Below the pieces are notes generated by a model that saw only the letters and a program-made list of their open reading frames with translations, made no database searches and was not told the DNA's origin. Positions 60,195 through 64,000 of a stretch of DNA of 64,000 nt are shown here, one piece after another. The DNA is taken from contig OZ024744.1 in assembly GCA_964016885.1 (NCBI GenBank), positions 131,688,001-131,752,000 of the forward strand, in the 5' to 3' direction. Source of the DNA: Eledone cirrhosa. Lineage: Eukaryota. Each line of letters begins with the position of its first letter. The stretch's first letter is position 1. The position numbers and the translations under genes are program-made.

Positions 60195-63100
60195 GGGGTT
60201 AAGTTAAGTTGGGGTTAAGTTAAGTTGGCGTTAAGTTAAGTTGGGGTTGAGTTAAGTTGGGGTTGAGTTAATTTAGGGTTAAGTTAAGTTGGGGTTAAGT
60301 TAAGTTGGGTTTAAATTAAGTTGGGGTTAAATTAAGTTGGGGTAAATTTAAGTTGGGGGTAAGTTAAGTTGGGGTTAAGTTAAGTTGGGGCTGAGTTAAG
60401 TTGGGGTTGAGTTAATTTAGGGTTAAGTTAAGTTGGGGTTAAGTTAAGTTGGGTTTAAGTTAAGTTGGGGTTAAATTAAGTTGGGGTTAAGTTAAGTTGG
60501 GGGTAAGTTAAGTGGGGTTAAGTTAAGTTGGGGCTAAGTTAAGTTGGGGCTGAGTTAAGTTGGGGTTAAGTTAAGTTGGGGTTAAGTTAAGTTGGGGTTA
60601 AGTTAGGTTGTGGTTAAGTTAAGTTGGGGGTAAGTTAAGTTGGGGATAAGTTAAGTTGGGGTTAATTTAAGTTGGGTCTAATTAAGTTGGGGTTAAGTTA
60701 AGTTGGGGTTAAGTTAAGTTGGGATTGAGTTAAGTTGGGGTTAATTTAAGTTGGGGCTAAGTTAATTTGTGGTTAAGTTAAGTTGGGGTTAAGTTAAGTT
60801 GGGGTTAATTTAAGTTGGGGGTAAGTTAAGTTGGGGCAAGTTAAGATGGGGTTAAGTTAAGTTGGGGTTAAATTAAGTTGGGGTTAAGTTAAGTTGGTGT
60901 TAAGTTAAGTTGGGGTTGAGTTAAGTTGGGGTTAAGTTAAGTTGGGTTTATATTAAGTTGGGGTTAAGTTAAGTTGGGGTTAAGTTAAGTTGGGGTTCAG
61001 TTAAGTTGCGGTTAATTTAAGTTGGGGTTAAGTTAAGTTGGGGTTAAGTTAAGTTGGGGTTAAGTTAAGTTGGGGTTAAGTTAAGTTGGTGTTAAGTTAA
61101 GTTGGGGCTAAGTTAAGTTGGGGCTGAGTTAAGTTGGGGCTGAGTTAAGTTGGGGTTAAGTTAAGTTGGGGTTGAGTTAAGTTGGGGTTAAGTTAAGTTG
61201 GGGTTAAGTTGAGTTGGGGTTAAGTTAAGTTGGGGTTTAGTTAAGTTGGGGTTCAGTTAAGTTGGGGTTAAGTTAAGTTTAGGTTAAGTTGGGGTTAAAT
61301 TAATTTGGGGTTAAGTTAAGTTGGGGTTTAGTTAAGTTGGGGTTAAGTTAAGTTGGGGTTAATTTAAGTTGGGGTTAAGTTAAGTTGCGGGTAATTTAAG
61401 TTAGGGTTAAGTTAAATTGGGGTTAAGTTAAGTTGGGGTTAAGTTAAGTTGGGGTTAAGTTAAGTTGGGGGTAAGTTAAGTTGGGGGTAAGTTAAGTTGG
61501 GGGTAAGTTAAGTTGGGGTTAAGTTAAGTTGGGGTTAAGTTAAGTTAGGGTTAAGTTAAGTTGGGGTTGAGTTAAATTGGGGTTAAGTTAAGTTGGGGTT
61601 ATGTTAAGTTGGGGTTAAGTTAAGTTGCGGTTAAGTTAAGTTGGGGTTAAGTTAAGTTGGGGTTAAGTTAAATTGGGGTTAAGTTAAGTTGGGGTTAAGT
61701 TAAGTTGGGGTTAAGTTAAGTTGGGGTTAAGTTAGATTGTGGTTAAGTTAAGTTGGGGTTAAGTTAAGTTGGGGTTAAGTTAAGTTGGGGTTAAGTTAAG
61801 GCGGGGTTAAGTTGAGTTGGTGTTAAGTTAAGTTGGGGTTAAGTTAAGTTGGGGTTGAGTTAATTTTGGGTTAACTTAAGTTGGGGGTACTTAAGTTGGG
61901 TTTAAGTTAAGTGGGGTTAAGTTAAGTTGGGGTTAAGTTAAGTTGGGGTTAAGTTAAGTTGGCGTTAAGTTAAGTTGGGGTTGAGTTAAGTTGGGGTTGA
62001 GTTAATTTAGGGTTAAGTTAAGTTGGGGTTAAGTTAAGTTGGGTTTAAATTAAGTTGGGGTTAAATTAAGTTGGGGTAAATTTAAGTTGGGGGTAAGTTA
62101 AGTTGGGGTTAAGTTAAGTTGGGGCTGAGTTAAGTTGGGGTTGAGTTAATTTAGGGTTAAGTTAAGTTGGGGTTAAGTTAAGTTGGGTTTAAGTTAAGTT
62201 GGGGTTAAATTAAGTTGGGGTTAAGTTAAGTTGGGGGTAAGTTAAGTGGGGTTAAGTTAAGTTGGGGCTAAGTTAAGTTGGGGCTGAGTTAAGTTGGGGT
62301 TAAGTTAAGTTGGGGTTAAGTTAAGTTGGGGTTAAGTTAGGTTGTGGTTAAGTTAAGTTGGGGGTAAGTTAAGTTGGGGATAAGTTAAGTTGGGGTTAAT
62401 TTAAGTTGGGTCTAATTAAGTTGGGGTTAAGTTAAGTTGGGGTTAAGTTAAGTTGGGATTGAGTTAAGTTGGGGTTAATTTAAGTTGGGGCTAAGTTAAT
62501 TTGTGGTTAAGTTAAGTTGGGGTTAAGTTAAGTTGGGGTTAATTTAAGTTGGGGGTAAGTTAAGTTGGGGGCAAGTTAAGATGGGGTTAAGTTAAGTTGG
62601 GGTTAAATTAAGTTGGGGTTAAGTTAAGTTGGTGTTAAGTTAAGTTGGGGTTGAGTTAAGTTGGGGTTAAGTTAAGTTGGGTTTATATTAAGTTGGGGTT
62701 AAGTTAAGTTGGGGTTAAGTTAAGTTGGGGTTCAGTTAAGTTGCGGTTAATTTAAGTTGGGGTTAAGTTAAGTTGGGGTTAAGTTAAGTTGGGGTTAAGT
62801 TAAGTTGGGGTTAAGTTAAGTTGGTGTTAAGTTAAGTTGGGGCTAAGTTAAGTTGGGGCTGAGTTAAGTTGGGGCTGAGTTAAGTTGGGGTTAAGTTAAG
62901 TTGGGGTTGAGTTAAGTTGGGGTTAAGTTAAGTTGGGGTTAAGTTGAGTTGGGGTTAAGTTAAGTTGGGGTTTAGTTAAGTTGGGGTTCAGTTAAGTTGG
63001 GGTTAAGTTAAGTTTAGGTTAAGTTGGGGTTAAATTAATTTGGGGTTAAGTTAAGTTGGGGTTTAGTTAAGTTGGGGTTAAGTTAAGTTGGGGTTAATTT

Positions 63101-63680
63101 AAGTTGGGGTTAAGTTAAGTTGCGGGTAATTTAAGTTAGGGTTAAGTTAAATTGGGGTTAAGTTAAGTTGGGGTTAAGTTAAGTTGGGGTTAAGTTAAGT
63201 TGGGGGTAAGTTAAGTTGGGGGTAAGTTAAGTTGGGGGTAAGTTAAGTTGGGGTTAAGTTAAGTTGGGGTTGAGTTAAGTTAGGGTTAAGTTAAGTTGGG
63301 GTTGAGTTAAATTGGGGTTAAGTTAAGTTGGGGTTATGTTAAGTTGGGGTTAAGTTAAGTTGCGGTTAAGTTAAGTTGGGGTTAAGTTAAGTTGGGGTTA
63401 AGTTAAATTGGGGTTAAGTTAAGTTGGGGTTAAGTTAAGTTGGGGTTAAGTTAAGTTGGGGTTAAGTTAGATTGTGGTTAAGTTAAGTTGGGGTTAAGTT
63501 AAGTTGGGGTTAAGTTAAGTTGGGGTTAAGTTAAGGCGGGGTTAAGTTGAGTTGGTGTTAAGTTAAGTTGGGGTTAAGTTAAGTTGGGGTTGAGTTAATT
63601 TTGGGTTAACTTAAGTTGGGGGTACTTAAGTTGGGTTTAAGTTAAGTGGGGTTAAGTTAAGTTGGGGTTAAGTTAAGTTG
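60195..63680 (+). repeat. 1734/1735-bp tandem duplication
   Basis: TTGGCG at 60229/61963 and AAGGCGGGG at 61802/63537; a 1-bp G-run indel near 60836 explains the offset change; boundaries approximate. Confidence 0.82.
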
Positions 63681-64000
63681 GGGTTAAGTTAAGTTGGGAT
63701 TAAGTTAGGTTGTGGTTAAGTTAAGTTGGGGGTAAGTTAAGTTGGGGGTAAGTTAAGTTGGGGTTAATTTAAGTTGGGTCTAATTAAGTTGGGGTTAAGT
63801 TAAGTTGGGGTTAAGTTAAGTTGGGGTTGAGTTAATTTGGGGTTAACTTAAGTTGGGGGTACTTAAGTTGGGGTTAAGTTAAGTTGGGGTTAAGTTAAGT
63901 GGTGGTTATGTTAAGTTGGGGTTAAGTTAAGTTGGGGTTAATTTAAATTGGGGTTAAGTTAACTTTGTGGTTAAGTTAAGTTGGGGTTAAGTTAAGTTGG

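Larger units (their letters stand above)
1..64000 (+). repeat. Satellite tandem array, 16-bp monomer TTGGGGTTAAGTTAAG (6+5+5 substructure), running past both window ends
   Basis: Continuous GGGGTTAAGTTAAGTT periodicity across the window. There are scattered substitution variants and 11-, 15- and 17-bp length variants, and no unique sequence was seen. Confidence 0.99.

Noticed and set aside
1-64000. Protein-coding ORFs
   Set aside because: TTAA occurs twice per monomer, giving TAA on both strands, and the 16-bp period cycles it through all frames. No ORF of meaningful length is possible.
1-64000. CRISPR array
   Set aside because: The repeats are directly adjacent with no unique spacers, and there is no leader or cas gene.
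1-64000. Active telomerase-synthesised telomere tract
   Set aside because: The array has abundant heritable variants, kb-scale duplications and 13 internal inversions, and no chromosome end is visible. A telomere-derived origin is kept only as a hypothesis.

Overview
The whole 64 kb window is one non-coding satellite array with a 16-bp consensus monomer, TTGGGG-TTAAG-TTAAG (about 4,000 copies by length). The + strand is G/T-rich and the consensus has no C. I found no genes, RNA genes, CRISPR or transposon sequence. The array has internal structure. (i) A stereotyped inverted (C-rich) cassette of about 0.4 kb occurs 13 times (12 complete, 1 cut off by the window start). It has spacer-free (quasi-)palindromic junctions: GGGGTT|AACCCC on the left (single-base variants in three copies) and CCCCAAA|TTCGGGG on the right. 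(ii) Monomer variants are mirror-symmetric across the right junction, which suggests a fold-back origin. (iii) Nested tandem duplications of about 0.3-9.5 kb can be traced through rare variants. (iv) Two variant-defined domains are separated by a more diverged zone at about 33-39 kb. The sequence looks like eukaryotic heterochromatic, possibly telomere-motif-related, satellite DNA, but the organism and chromosomal context cannot be determined from this window. All coordinates and variant calls were read by eye.
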